Source: a virus. Taken from it: a stretch of 64,000 nucleotides of DNA. Shown here in pieces: positions 17,675 to 26,858 of this stretch. Below the pieces are notes generated by a model. The model worked only from the letters and a program-made list of their open reading frames with translations. It was not told the origin of the DNA and did not search any database. A program made the position numbers and the translations under genes. The stretch is from positions 32,001-96,000 of IMG/VR virus record IMGVR_UViG_3300032087_004763; one strand, 5' to 3'. Positions within the stretch are counted from its first letter, which is position 1. Every line of letters starts with the position of its first letter.

Positions 17675-17884
17675 TCATTCGTCGTCGTCTACGTTGAGTG
17701 CATCTTCTTGTTGAATAGATTCAATCAAAGAAACTGCTTGCACACATTGGTCACGTAGCTGACCGATTGTGGATAGTTCTTCACCTTTAAAACCACCACG
17801 TTGTGTTACTGCATCTACGACAGCAATTGTACTGCGCGAGATGCGATTAGCCAGCTCTGTGAGCTGTTCAGTCTGTTCAGACAT
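17675..17884 (-). CDS. Hypothetical protein
   Basis: 69 aa, DAVTQRGGFKGEEL; AAGGAG SD. Confidence 0.8.
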   Translation of the reverse strand: MSEQTEQLTELANRISRSTIAVVDAVTQRGGFKGEELSTIGQLRDQCVQAVSLIESIQQEDALNVDDDE

Positions 17885-17893
17885 AAGGACTCC

Positions 17894-18571
17894 TTAAGTA
17901 TTAAATGTCGACGTTTTTTCAAGAGCAATCCAGTAGTTGATGTCAAGCTCTTTGTGTGAGAATTTCGAAATGAGTTTCGAAGAGATACTTACATCATAAT
18001 CACCTGGAAGAATCTTAAGATTCGAGATGTTCAGGACGAAGTTAAACGTGGCATCACCAAAGTCACCATCAATATCGATCGAGAATGCATTTGATGTTGA
18101 GTTTTGGCTATCAACCACCGAGAGACTTAAGACTCCATCCTTGCCGGAGATAGAGACTTCATTATGGCCAAGGGCTGCAGCCGCACGCTTGAGTTTGTTG
18201 AGAGTATCGTTGTCAAGCGTGAAGGATACGTTTGCCTCAGGCATATTGATATCTTTCGCTGGGGTTGTCAATGTTTCTTCAGGTGAAAAGAAATACTTGA
18301 CCTTCGAACGACCAGATGAGTCACTGACTGTGACATACTCGTCGCTGAATTTGAGACGTGGAGTATCGACAAGGCCAAGTACTCCAATGAATTCGTTGAG
18401 ATCGTAGATACCAAAATCTTGTGGGAACTCAACGTCAACCACTGCTGTGGATAATACGTTACGTGCCTCTGAGATGGTCTTAACAGTCTTGCCGCTTCGG
18501 ATCATCAGATTCTGATTGATGTTTGAAAAGTTCTTGAGAACCTGTAGGGTATTTTCACTTAGTTCCATCAT
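17894..18571 (-). CDS. gp45: Sliding clamp
   Basis: LKNFSNINQ, FGIYDLNEF, YWIALE. Confidence 0.96.
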   Translation of the reverse strand: MMELSENTLQVLKNFSNINQNLMIRSGKTVKTISEARNVLSTAVVDVEFPQDFGIYDLNEFIGVLGLVDTPRLKFSDEYVTVSDSSGRSKVKYFFSPEETLTTPAKDINMPEANVSFTLDNDTLNKLKRAAAALGHNEVSISGKDGVLSLSVVDSQNSTSNAFSIDIDGDFGDATFNFVLNISNLKILPGDYDVSISSKLISKFSHKELDINYWIALEKTSTFNT

Positions 18572-18596
18572 GTACTCCGTGTGTGATATGTTTCAT

Positions 18597-18626
18597 ATTA
18601 TACACTATATCTGATCGCATGTACAA
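18597..18626 (-). promoter_or_regulatory. Early-type promoter for gp45 operon
   Basis: TTGTACA-N17-TATAAT. Confidence 0.8.
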
Positions 18627-18630
18627 TACT

Positions 18631-20346
18631 TTATGCGACCATCTTACTAAAGTTTTTGTCCTTGACAAATTCAATCTTCGATCTGAACTTGCCGTCGAGG
18701 ATATCACCTTTATGTGATATTACAAAAACGTTTGTATCATTTAAGTGTGATAGGATCTTCTGTAGATTCTCCACACCGTCTACGTCAAGAGAAGAATCAA
18801 AGGTCTCGTCAAGAATCAGTAGATTCGTTGAGATAGAATTCTTCATCTTTGCTATCTGCCTCCATGTAAACAGGAGACTTAAATCAATACGTTGCTTCTC
18901 ACCTTCCGAGAATGAGTCATACGTAAACTCATCTCTATGACGTGACCGAATCGTTTCTTGGAAAGACTCATCAAGATCAAAGTGCACAAAGAAGTCAAGG
19001 ATCTGCAGATACTGATTGACCAATTTATTTATCACCGGAAGATATTGTTTTATGATTTTTGTCTTGATGCCTGTATCCTTTAGCATCTCACCGATCACTT
19101 CATTATAGTTGCGCTGCTCTGCAATCTCAAGTTTTCGTTCCATGAGCGAACTCTTTTCAGTGGTGAGAACATTGAGTTCATCAACCGCCTCTCCAAGATC
19201 TGTTCCTCCCTGTTCAATTTTCGAGAGATCTGTTCGCTTATTGTTAAGTGCGGCGTTAGTCCGTGATAGCGCTTTATTATTAGACACCAGGCTTTGCTGT
19301 GCTGTTCGAAGCTTCTCTTGAACTTGAAGTGCGACCTCCATATCTGATTCCACTTGAGCCGTGTCTGTATCGACATTTTGTAGTGTGCTATTGATATTCT
19401 TGGCCGTCGCTGTAGCAGCTTCGATCTTTTCGTCTCTAAGTTCCTGACTAATATCTTGGGAACATGTAGGGCAGACATCATTGTTCTGAAAGAACTTGGT
19501 CTCTTTGACCAGCTGTTTGATTTGAGCTTTGAGATCATGTTCATGCTCCTTGAGTTGTGTTTGCTTGGTGTTAAGCTTAGTAAGCGTCTCCGATACCTTC
19601 TCGCTATTGGATTCAATGAACGACCCGAGCTCAACGTTCTCATCCGTGAGTCGAGACTGTTCGGTCTCAAGCTCAGTAATTTCTTCTTTAATCTTATCCG
19701 CATATTCTTTGTTGAGCGCTTTAACATCGCTGATGTACTTCCTCTGTGTCTCAATCTTTGAGTTAACCATATTGAATGAGTACTCAATCTCGGTAGAAGA
19801 ATCCTTGAGTGATGCGTTCTTCTCACGTAGTAATTGATTCATCTTTGAGAATACATTGATATCAAGTAGATCCTCAATCACCTCGCGGCGGTGGCCTGCA
19901 GGTAACTGCATGAATGGAATGAAGCTACTGCTACCAAGTACCACGACCTGATGAAACGTCTTGTGGTTGAGTTTCAAGATATTCTGTTCAAGTAAACGTT
20001 GGTACTCTTTTGCGTGAGATTCTTGATTCAACATGCTGCCGTTATGATAGATCTCAAAGAGACTTGGCTTGATACCACGGACAATCTTGTAGTGGTTATT
20101 ACCCACCTCAAACTCTACCTCAACCACGCACTGTTTTTGATTTACAGAGTTAACGAGCTGAGGTTTATTGATATTACGATGAGGTTTACCAAACAAGCCA
20201 AAGGAGATGGCATCTAGCATTGTAGATTTACCAGCTCCGTTCTGACCTACGATAAGGGTTGATTGTGTTCTATCTAAAAGAATTTCGGTAAATTTGTTGC
20301 CGGTACTTAGAAAGTTTTTGTACCGCACACATTTAAAGATTATGAT
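18631..20346 (-). CDS. gp46: Recombination nuclease ATPase subunit (Rad50/SbcC-like)
   Basis: GQNGAGKS, CPTC hook, FSEGEKQRID, ILDETFD; start probably ATC at 20346 (GTG 20328 in track). Confidence 0.96.
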   Translation of the reverse strand: MIIFKCVRYKNFLSTGNKFTEILLDRTQSTLIVGQNGAGKSTMLDAISFGLFGKPHRNINKPQLVNSVNQKQCVVEVEFEVGNNHYKIVRGIKPSLFEIYHNGSMLNQESHAKEYQRLLEQNILKLNHKTFHQVVVLGSSSFIPFMQLPAGHRREVIEDLLDINVFSKMNQLLREKNASLKDSSTEIEYSFNMVNSKIETQRKYISDVKALNKEYADKIKEEITELETEQSRLTDENVELGSFIESNSEKVSETLTKLNTKQTQLKEHEHDLKAQIKQLVKETKFFQNNDVCPTCSQDISQELRDEKIEAATATAKNINSTLQNVDTDTAQVESDMEVALQVQEKLRTAQQSLVSNNKALSRTNAALNNKRTDLSKIEQGGTDLGEAVDELNVLTTEKSSLMERKLEIAEQRNYNEVIGEMLKDTGIKTKIIKQYLPVINKLVNQYLQILDFFVHFDLDESFQETIRSRHRDEFTYDSFSEGEKQRIDLSLLFTWRQIAKMKNSISTNLLILDETFDSSLDVDGVENLQKILSHLNDTNVFVISHKGDILDGKFRSKIEFVKDKNFSKMVA

Positions 20347-20414
20347 TTTTTCACCCTCCGCCTACTAAATATTTTTATAGCAAGCTCTTCAACGTCTTGA
20401 TTTTCAATATAACC

Positions 20415-20443
20415 ATTATACAACAAAAATTTAGCTTTGGACA
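20415..20443 (-). promoter_or_regulatory. Early-type promoter for gp46
   Basis: TGTCCA-N17-TATAAT. Confidence 0.6.
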
Positions 20444-20467
20444 TAAAAATTTGTTGTTCTTCTTGAT

Positions 20468-21055
20468 TTAACTCTCTAAATAATTCCGTATCAGATTTTC
20501 TTTCCACGGGAGCATCCTCAAATTATCTTTATCAGCCAATACCTCAGGAGGTATATCATTTTCAAATCCAAATTTAATTGGAATAATATGATCTAACTGA
20601 TAACCATCTTCAACCCCGCACAATGTACGTGGTAAGTTATCTGGATTGATTTCGTCTTTATATTGTTCATAAATTTTCTGAGTTAATCTATGAACTTTAC
20701 CAGCATATTTTTTATATGCCGGAGTTGTTTCTTTTAATTTAGCACCTTTACCAGTGTTACAATATGCACCACAGGAAAGCGAACAATATTTTTTTCTTTC
20801 AGATGGACAACATTCAAATTCGTTATTGCAATCAGGTTTAGCACATTTGCGAGTTTCTCTTTTTCTTAAATGAGATCGATCATAACTAATTCCTTTCTTG
20901 CAACCCATCGGTGTTTTTACGCCTAACTTAGATCTCCATCGAGAAATTGACGCTAATCCACAATCTAAAGCTTCTGCTATTTGAGTCGCTGATAAATTAG
21001 TATCTCTTAATAAATCTAATTGTGCTTCTGTTAAAGATTGAAATGTTCTTTTCAT
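20468..21055 (-). mobile_element. Free-standing HNH homing endonuclease
   Basis: N-terminal HTH, Cys cluster, QLDHIIPI...NLRML...N; AT-rich; own late promoter; inserted between 47 and 46. Confidence 0.8.
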
Positions 21056-21073
21056 ATAAACTCCTTATATGAT

Positions 21074-21081
21074 TATTTATA
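21074..21081 (-). promoter_or_regulatory. T4 late promoter
   Basis: TATAAATA upstream of HNH gene. Confidence 0.75.
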
Positions 21082-21106
21082 CATTTCATTTTTTTAACTA
21101 ACACAT

Positions 21107-22168
21107 TTAAACTATATCTAAAGCCTGTGCTTCATTCATGAGGTCTGACATCTCGGATTTGATCCTTGCTTTGTCCAAGTCTGTTTCAACATTATCTATA
21201 TACGTCGATAGCAATTCTGTAGTTTCTTCTACATTAATTCCATCGTCATCGACGTTCTCACCAAGAAACTCCTGGAAGTTCTCGGCAATCTTGAGTTCAT
21301 AGATATCTTGAGCTTGGATTCTATCGAGAAACCTCTCAAACATAAATTGATCGTTCTTTGTTTGTACAACAACTTTGACAAACTTACGAGAACAATCTGG
21401 CGTATCAATACTATTATAATCTATATGGCCGTCATTGTACAATATTTTTTTGAATAATATGTGCTTATTTCTTACGGGCGTGAGCTCACGGGTCTCAGTG
21501 TCAAGCACGTGGAAGTACTTAGGATCACCTGCATCAGACCACGTCAGTTCCATCTGATTACCGAGATAGTGAATATTATCTCTCTGAGATTTTGTATGGA
21601 AGTGACCAGACAACACCATTTCAAATCGTTTAAATATTGCAGCATCCATTCCGGTCGTTGACTTAATACCACGCATCATATCGAATCCATTGAGTTCCAG
21701 ATGTGCACAGATGATCGGTGCAGTCGTTTCCTGTAACCACTTGATTGTCGAATGATAGTTCTCATTATTGATCCACGGTACAAGGCCAATACTCAATCCA
21801 TCGTATTCATAGACTGATGGTTCCATGACAATCGAGATGTTGTTCATGTAATGACCAAGTAGTTCTTTCAATGTGCAGATATTGTTTGTATTCTTATAGT
21901 AGACGTCATGGTTACCCGGGATGATATCCATCTGCATGTTGTTGTCACGCAACACGTCTAAAAATATTCTCCTGTTATGGTTAATAGCTTTCACTGAGAT
22001 TTGTTTACGGTTGTCGTAATAGTCTCCGAGGTGAAGTACTTGCTTAATATCGTTCTCGATACAATATGGAAAGAAGGTGTCCGTATAGAATCGAGTCTGG
22101 TTTTCTAGAAAGATATCCGATGAGTTACGAACATCGCAGTGTGTGTCGTTTAAAATAGCAATACGCAT
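21107..22168 (-). CDS. gp47: Recombination nuclease (Mre11/SbcD-like)
   Basis: NDTH, HLGDYYD, GNHD, SGHFH. Confidence 0.96.
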   Translation of the reverse strand: MRIAILNDTHCDVRNSSDIFLENQTRFYTDTFFPYCIENDIKQVLHLGDYYDNRKQISVKAINHNRRIFLDVLRDNNMQMDIIPGNHDVYYKNTNNICTLKELLGHYMNNISIVMEPSVYEYDGLSIGLVPWINNENYHSTIKWLQETTAPIICAHLELNGFDMMRGIKSTTGMDAAIFKRFEMVLSGHFHTKSQRDNIHYLGNQMELTWSDAGDPKYFHVLDTETRELTPVRNKHILFKKILYNDGHIDYNSIDTPDCSRKFVKVVVQTKNDQFMFERFLDRIQAQDIYELKIAENFQEFLGENVDDDGINVEETTELLSTYIDNVETDLDKARIKSEMSDLMNEAQALDIV

Positions 22169-22659
22169 TATTTAGCCTTACAATTATCAAAATGCCATTG
22201 TTTCATTTGAGGTGCACCACCAGTTTTACCACAATATGGACACTCTAATTTAGGTTTAGGTTTACCTTTGTTGGCACCACCTATTTTTCTTTTGTGCTCG
22301 TCAGAGTGAGCACCTATTTTCTTTCCTTTATTCCAAGGATCTCTGCCAATATTGGCTAATCCCATATTTTTAGCAATTTCTACAGAATCTGGTCTAGACA
22401 TACCTTTCCATGGAACATCTTTTTCAAGCCAATGTTTAGCATGATTTTTTGATATACGAGATCTTGTTTCAACATCATGTTTATAGTTGGTTGGATTACC
22501 GTAATTACCATTTTTTTCTCCATAAAAAATATTTGGATTTTTTATGAATTCATTTAAAACCATGTTTTCCCATTCTTCTTGAGAAAATTGATTAGCCGCT
22601 CGTGGTGGGTTATTAATTAAATCTAAACGCCATTGTTCGACGCCTTTATAAATAGACAT
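22168..22659 (-). CDS. NUMOD3/zinc-ribbon DNA-binding protein, homing-endonuclease-related, no recognisable nuclease domain
   Basis: GEKNGNYG, PWNKGKK, HSDEHKRKIG, CPYC..WHFDNC; start MSIY after AAGGAG. Confidence 0.7.
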   Translation of the reverse strand: MSIYKGVEQWRLDLINNPPRAANQFSQEEWENMVLNEFIKNPNIFYGEKNGNYGNPTNYKHDVETRSRISKNHAKHWLEKDVPWKGMSRPDSVEIAKNMGLANIGRDPWNKGKKIGAHSDEHKRKIGGANKGKPKPKLECPYCGKTGGAPQMKQWHFDNCKAK

Positions 22660-22727
22660 GCTGATACTCCTTAACAGTATTAGAATGGATGGAGGCTGCA
22701 ACCTCGCGATCCATATCTATTTATACA
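22647..22727 (-). promoter_or_regulatory. Late promoter plus multi-stem RNA leader sequestering the SD and start region
   Basis: TATAAATAGA (22716-22725) and its inverse TCTATTTATA after the ATG enclose two internal hairpins. Confidence 0.65.
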
Positions 22728-22738
22728 TATTGCTATCT

Positions 22739-23332
22739 TCACTCAAGGAACTCCGTTAAATCTGAGTCAGCATACACCGTACGCTTTTTCTTCTGCTTCT
22801 TCTCTTCCTTTGCAAACTCTTTGACCTTCTGATCCTGATCCTTTACCTTATCGATGCGTTCTCTCAGGACGTCAACATACGCTAAGATCTCTTGAGCTCC
22901 TTCGGCTGATGCATCAAAGCCATCAACAAAATCTTCGATAGAAGCTCTGCTCAGGTACTTCATCTTAATGTCTTGCTGTTTCTTTTCTTTTGATATTCGT
23001 CGCAGGAAAGCATACCATGTAATCTGTGTAAAATATGCAAAAGCATTTGGTTTACCAGTTCTCGTAGCGGTCTCGATATTATAATTGTATATTGCTTTTA
23101 AACAATTCTCAACCGCATCCATTACCATCTCTTCGCGATATGTGTAGCGAATAAAATTATGCTTGTGCGACAAGCCTTCAGCGATACGTAAGAAACATTG
23201 TGCAATATAGTCTGGGACTATCGGGTGTGGTTTACCTTTATCTCTTGCTTTGTTTACTTTAGTTACATAGTCGACGACTGCCTGCGAAAAATCTGCATTA
23301 TTAACGTAATGCACACTTTGTTTTTTTGACAT
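22739..23332 (-). CDS. gp55: Late-transcription sigma factor
   Basis: HYVNNADF, YIAQCFLRIAEGLS, YTYREEMVMDAVENC, NAFAYFTQI. Confidence 0.96.
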   Translation of the reverse strand: MSKKQSVHYVNNADFSQAVVDYVTKVNKARDKGKPHPIVPDYIAQCFLRIAEGLSHKHNFIRYTYREEMVMDAVENCLKAIYNYNIETATRTGKPNAFAYFTQITWYAFLRRISKEKKQQDIKMKYLSRASIEDFVDGFDASAEGAQEILAYVDVLRERIDKVKDQDQKVKEFAKEEKKQKKKRTVYADSDLTEFLE

Positions 23333-23358
23333 GTCAATCTCCATTTCATAACAGGTAT

Positions 23359-23388
23359 ATTATACAACGATGTACGAAAAAAGTACAT
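23359..23388 (-). promoter_or_regulatory. Early-type promoter for gp55
   Basis: ATGTACT-N17-TATAAT. Confidence 0.75.
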
Positions 23389-23421
23389 ACAGGTTTTTTT
23401 ATCTCGAAGGGAAAAATAGTT

Positions 23422-23451
23422 GTGTACAAATCGCAAAAATCATGTTAAAAT
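23422..23451 (+). promoter_or_regulatory. Divergent early-type promoter with no substantial downstream ORF
   Basis: GTGTACA-N17-TAAAAT with TGn extension and upstream A-tract. Confidence 0.6.
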
Positions 23452-23486
23452 AAGTGTACACGGCTGGGGGAAAGGAGTATACCGGT

Positions 23487-23867
23487 TTAATGTACTGTTC
23501 CATCATCATTTATCATTTCACCAATAGCTCTAGCATCTGAATCGTTACTAAATGCTTCATACTCAAAGGGTTCATCTTTCATATCTTTCAGTACATCATA
23601 GTAGTGTTCAACTGCAACCTTTGCTGGTTTAGACTCTGATATGATGTGATATGAATTTAATACTTGCATACTATCCGGATCATTATTCATGAGCATCCAT
23701 GGTTTAAATGTATAGTATCTCATACTAGCAGATGTATCATCAATAGCAATAATCCGGAGCGCGCGACGAACAACCATTGCATCATTGTCTTCATCATTCC
23801 ATGAAACAACTTCGCATATAATCTCTTCATCGTTTGTTAACTTAAATTGTCGGATGTCTATTGTCAT
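23487..23867 (-). CDS. Hypothetical protein (Sm-like fold possible)
   Basis: QFKLTNDEEIICEV, FKPWM; located between uvsW and 55. Confidence 0.8.
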   Translation of the reverse strand: MTIDIRQFKLTNDEEIICEVVSWNDEDNDAMVVRRALRIIAIDDTSASMRYYTFKPWMLMNNDPDSMQVLNSYHIISESKPAKVAVEHYYDVLKDMKDEPFEYEAFSNDSDARAIGEMINDDGTVH

Positions 23868-25393
23868 ATCTCTACCTCGTATGTTTTATATATGAAGTTC
23901 TCTGCCTTGTACATCTTCAATCTTTCATACGAGTGCAGTAGAGCAAAATTTTGTCGCGATCCGCTTGAAATGTCGTCCGAGATATCATACAGCTGAGTTG
24001 TTCTCCCGTCATCTGATTTTCGAAGACCCCTTCCGATTGATTGTAAGACGCGGATCTGTGACTTACTTGGAGAAGCAAATATAATATTGTGCAGATTACG
24101 AATATTGATACCAGTACTAAAAGTCCCCAGGCTAGCGACGATAATGGCGTCTGACTGTTTTTCAGTAATTTTCCGGATAGCCTCTCGATCTGATGTGTCA
24201 GTTGCTCCACTAACAAAGAAAACTTTTCGATCATCATCTGCCTTGTCCTCAATTAAATCAAATAATATTTTACCATGTTTTTCTACATATTGAAACAGTA
24301 CAAGCGTATTGCCTTTCTGTTCTAGTGCAAGATTTCGTATAAAATTATTTCGTCTTTCGTGTCTTACGATATAATCAATTTCATCCTGGTATGAGCGTTT
24401 TCCGAAATCTTCCCGATCTTTGTGTTTGAGTACAAGTCGTTTGATTTCCAGCTTTGCCAGTGTGTCATTATCTTGGAGAGTTCTGGTGGTAGTGACCTTA
24501 AATACTCTGCCGAATAATCCTTGTAGTACGAGTTCATGAGTCTGTGTCCCATCTAGTGTACCTGTTGTACCAAATCGGTATGCTGCCTCTGTGCATTTGT
24601 TCATGATTGTGGTCAGTGACTTTGACTTAAATCCGTGACACTCGTCACCGATCACCATACCAAACTGTTCAAACCACGGAGCTCCTAATTTATATATGCT
24701 TTGCCACGTGGATATACATATCGCTGTATCAAAGTCTTTATCCTTGCCAGAGTAAATGCGATGCATCCCGCGCTCGCCTTGGCCATAAGATTTAAAGTCA
24801 TCATACATCTGCTCAACTAAGCTTGTTGTCGGCACGATAACCAATACTCGTCCACCCTTCGGATAACTTGCTCCGTGTGTCAATAGCTGTAACCAGTACT
24901 TAGCTAACACATATATAATGAGTGACTTTCCTGATCCTGTAGGTGAGAGTAGTACTGCCCTTCTACGTTCTAACCCTTTACATACAGCGTCAAACTGATA
25001 GTCACGTATTTCGTGCGGGAGACTAAGACTATGGATGAAGTCAATTACTTGTTTTGGATCTACAGCGAAGTTATTAGCAGTATTGTCAGGGTATCCATAT
25101 TTAGTCTTTTCGGTGTCTACGGTATATCCTCGCTGGCCTGCAAACTTCTCGAGGTGGTCGATGAGTCCAGCAGGTAGAGTATTAGATCTGATATTGAATA
25201 ACCGAATCTTACCGTCCCACAGTTTATTACGAAACGCCGGCATAAATTTATATCCAGGAACATAGAAAGAGAAAAACTCATTCAGCTCCTGTGCCGTACC
25301 AAAATCGCAGTCTACTTGTAGTTCGCTATGACTCAGCTTCCAGACTCGAATTGTCTCCAAGCAATCATGTTCCTTATGGTTTGATGTCGCCAT
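23864..25393 (-). CDS. uvsW: SF2 RNA-DNA/DNA helicase
   Basis: WDGKIRLF, SPTGSGKS, DECH, TTGT, QSIGRGLR; start may be TTG at 25360. Confidence 0.96.
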   Translation of the reverse strand: MATSNHKEHDCLETIRVWKLSHSELQVDCDFGTAQELNEFFSFYVPGYKFMPAFRNKLWDGKIRLFNIRSNTLPAGLIDHLEKFAGQRGYTVDTEKTKYGYPDNTANNFAVDPKQVIDFIHSLSLPHEIRDYQFDAVCKGLERRRAVLLSPTGSGKSLIIYVLAKYWLQLLTHGASYPKGGRVLVIVPTTSLVEQMYDDFKSYGQGERGMHRIYSGKDKDFDTAICISTWQSIYKLGAPWFEQFGMVIGDECHGFKSKSLTTIMNKCTEAAYRFGTTGTLDGTQTHELVLQGLFGRVFKVTTTRTLQDNDTLAKLEIKRLVLKHKDREDFGKRSYQDEIDYIVRHERRNNFIRNLALEQKGNTLVLFQYVEKHGKILFDLIEDKADDDRKVFFVSGATDTSDREAIRKITEKQSDAIIVASLGTFSTGINIRNLHNIIFASPSKSQIRVLQSIGRGLRKSDDGRTTQLYDISDDISSGSRQNFALLHSYERLKMYKAENFIYKTYEVEI

Positions 25394-25779
25394 TTAATAT
25401 TATCTATTATATCAGTAAGTGTGTCACGTGTAGTCTTCCAATACTCAATCAGCTCCTCCGACTTTTGAATCTCAGGATCTGAATCATAGTAGTGGTCCAT
25501 TTCACCTTTCATAACTTTCAATCCGTTAAACGGATCCGGATCCCAACCTTTTTCTTCAAGCTCATCTTGAGACATCTTACCATTATAGTATAACCACTTG
25601 TCTTTCAACAAGGACTTCTGTTTAAGCTCAGCTCTCTTCAGCTGCAGCTTGACTTCGGTAAGATATCTTAAATATTTTGCATGTAGGTTAGGTGTATCAC
25701 GGGATGTATCATCTAATTTCATACTATTAATTTTGCAATCATTCTCCCACATAGAGAGAATCTCATTCAATTCAATCAT
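25333..25779 (-). CDS. uvsY: Recombination mediator
   Basis: PNLHAKYL, KWLYYNGK, IRNMIAWRQF; synteny. Confidence 0.9.
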   Translation of the reverse strand: MIELNEILSMWENDCKINSMKLDDTSRDTPNLHAKYLRYLTEVKLQLKRAELKQKSLLKDKWLYYNGKMSQDELEEKGWDPDPFNGLKVMKGEMDHYYDSDPEIQKSEELIEYWKTTRDTLTDIIDNIKWRHQTIRNMIAWRQFESGS

Positions 25780-25791
25780 AATATTCCTTGC

Positions 25792-26349
25792 TTATAATGT
25801 AGTAGTAACAGTAAATGAATCTGTTATTGATCCTGTTGTAGAACTTACGTTCTTTAATTCAAAATAGCTAAATCTAAAAGATGCGCTGAATGTAATATAT
25901 GTATCACCTGAAGAAGTTGACTCAAATTGTATATCACCTAGAGATGTCGGAACACAGTCTAAGTATTTAATCTGTTTAGTTAAATTATTTGTGCTATTTA
26001 GGATATGTAAGGTAATGTCAGCAAAGTGAGGAGGATTTGTTCTGCTTCTTAAAGTTGGAGCCTGCATATCTGTGTCAAGTAGTCTCCTCATCCAATTATA
26101 CATTTCGGCATAACCTTGCATCTCTTCATCTACTATGATGTTAGCAGATAGTTCATTGAAGGTTAACTTATCACCTGGGAATGGAATTGCTTGGATTTTA
26201 CGAAACGGTACCTCAGCCGCAGACATTAACATTCCAGGATGAGTCACTGTTTGACAGAAAAACTCAAGGTTTGGATAGTTAGTACGGTCAAGCACCAGCT
26301 TAAATGACGTGGGCTGTAGGTAGTTAAAATTTTCTGTTAAATTTGCCAT
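25792..26349 (-). CDS. gp3: Tail completion / tube terminator protein
   Basis: NYLQPTSFKL, FFCQTVTHPG, PGDKLTF, FRFSYF. Confidence 0.9.
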   Translation of the reverse strand: MANLTENFNYLQPTSFKLVLDRTNYPNLEFFCQTVTHPGMLMSAAEVPFRKIQAIPFPGDKLTFNELSANIIVDEEMQGYAEMYNWMRRLLDTDMQAPTLRSRTNPPHFADITLHILNSTNNLTKQIKYLDCVPTSLGDIQFESTSSGDTYITFSASFRFSYFELKNVSSTTGSITDSFTVTTTL

Positions 26350-26750
26350 TAGATATATCTATAGTTACTAAATTTAGGATTAGAGCTTTTACAACGATGT
26401 GATATAGTTGTTCTATGAATATTTGTAGCTTCAGATGCTAGCTTTAATGTATCATATATTATACCATCAATTTCTACTGATTGAGCTCTAGGATTATCAG
26501 CACCATTTAAAATTGCAGGTGTTGTTTTATACCATTTTGGTACACCGGTAAACATTTCTTTAGCTTTTTTACCCACAGCTTTTTTTTGTTTATCTGACTG
26601 AGTTTTACCATACATTCCATTTTTTTCGCCACACCATCCATGAATATAACATGGTGTAGCCCCTTCTAAAATTTTTTCTTTAGATGGTGGAATATAATCG
26701 TCCCAACGTAGTCCGGCGATTTGTTGTTTATTTGGTATAAATTCATTCAT
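26349..26750 (-). CDS. NUMOD3 + NUMOD1(HTH) DNA-binding protein, no recognisable nuclease domain
   Basis: GEKNGMYGKTQS, NPRA, IDGIIYDTLKLASEA, TISHRCKS; AT-rich; late promoter at 26756-26763. Confidence 0.7.
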   Translation of the reverse strand: MNEFIPNKQQIAGLRWDDYIPPSKEKILEGATPCYIHGWCGEKNGMYGKTQSDKQKKAVGKKAKEMFTGVPKWYKTTPAILNGADNPRAQSVEIDGIIYDTLKLASEATNIHRTTISHRCKSSNPKFSNYRYI

Positions 26751-26783
26751 ATTACTATTTATACCAAATAAAACTGCTAATAC

Positions 26784-26811
26784 AAAAAAGAAGGGCTTCC
26801 GAAGAAGCCCT
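26784..26811 (-). terminator. Rho-independent terminator after major capsid gene
   Basis: AGGGCTTC-TTCG-GAAGCCCT followed by TCTTTTTT. Confidence 0.9.
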
Positions 26812-26858
26812 CAATTATCAAAGGAGAAACATTATTATTATAATGGTATCTATCAGAC

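Noticed and set aside
20365-20444. 26-codon ORF MSKAKFLLYNGY...
   Set aside because: Overlaps the gp46 promoter and has no SD; probably chance or a remnant.
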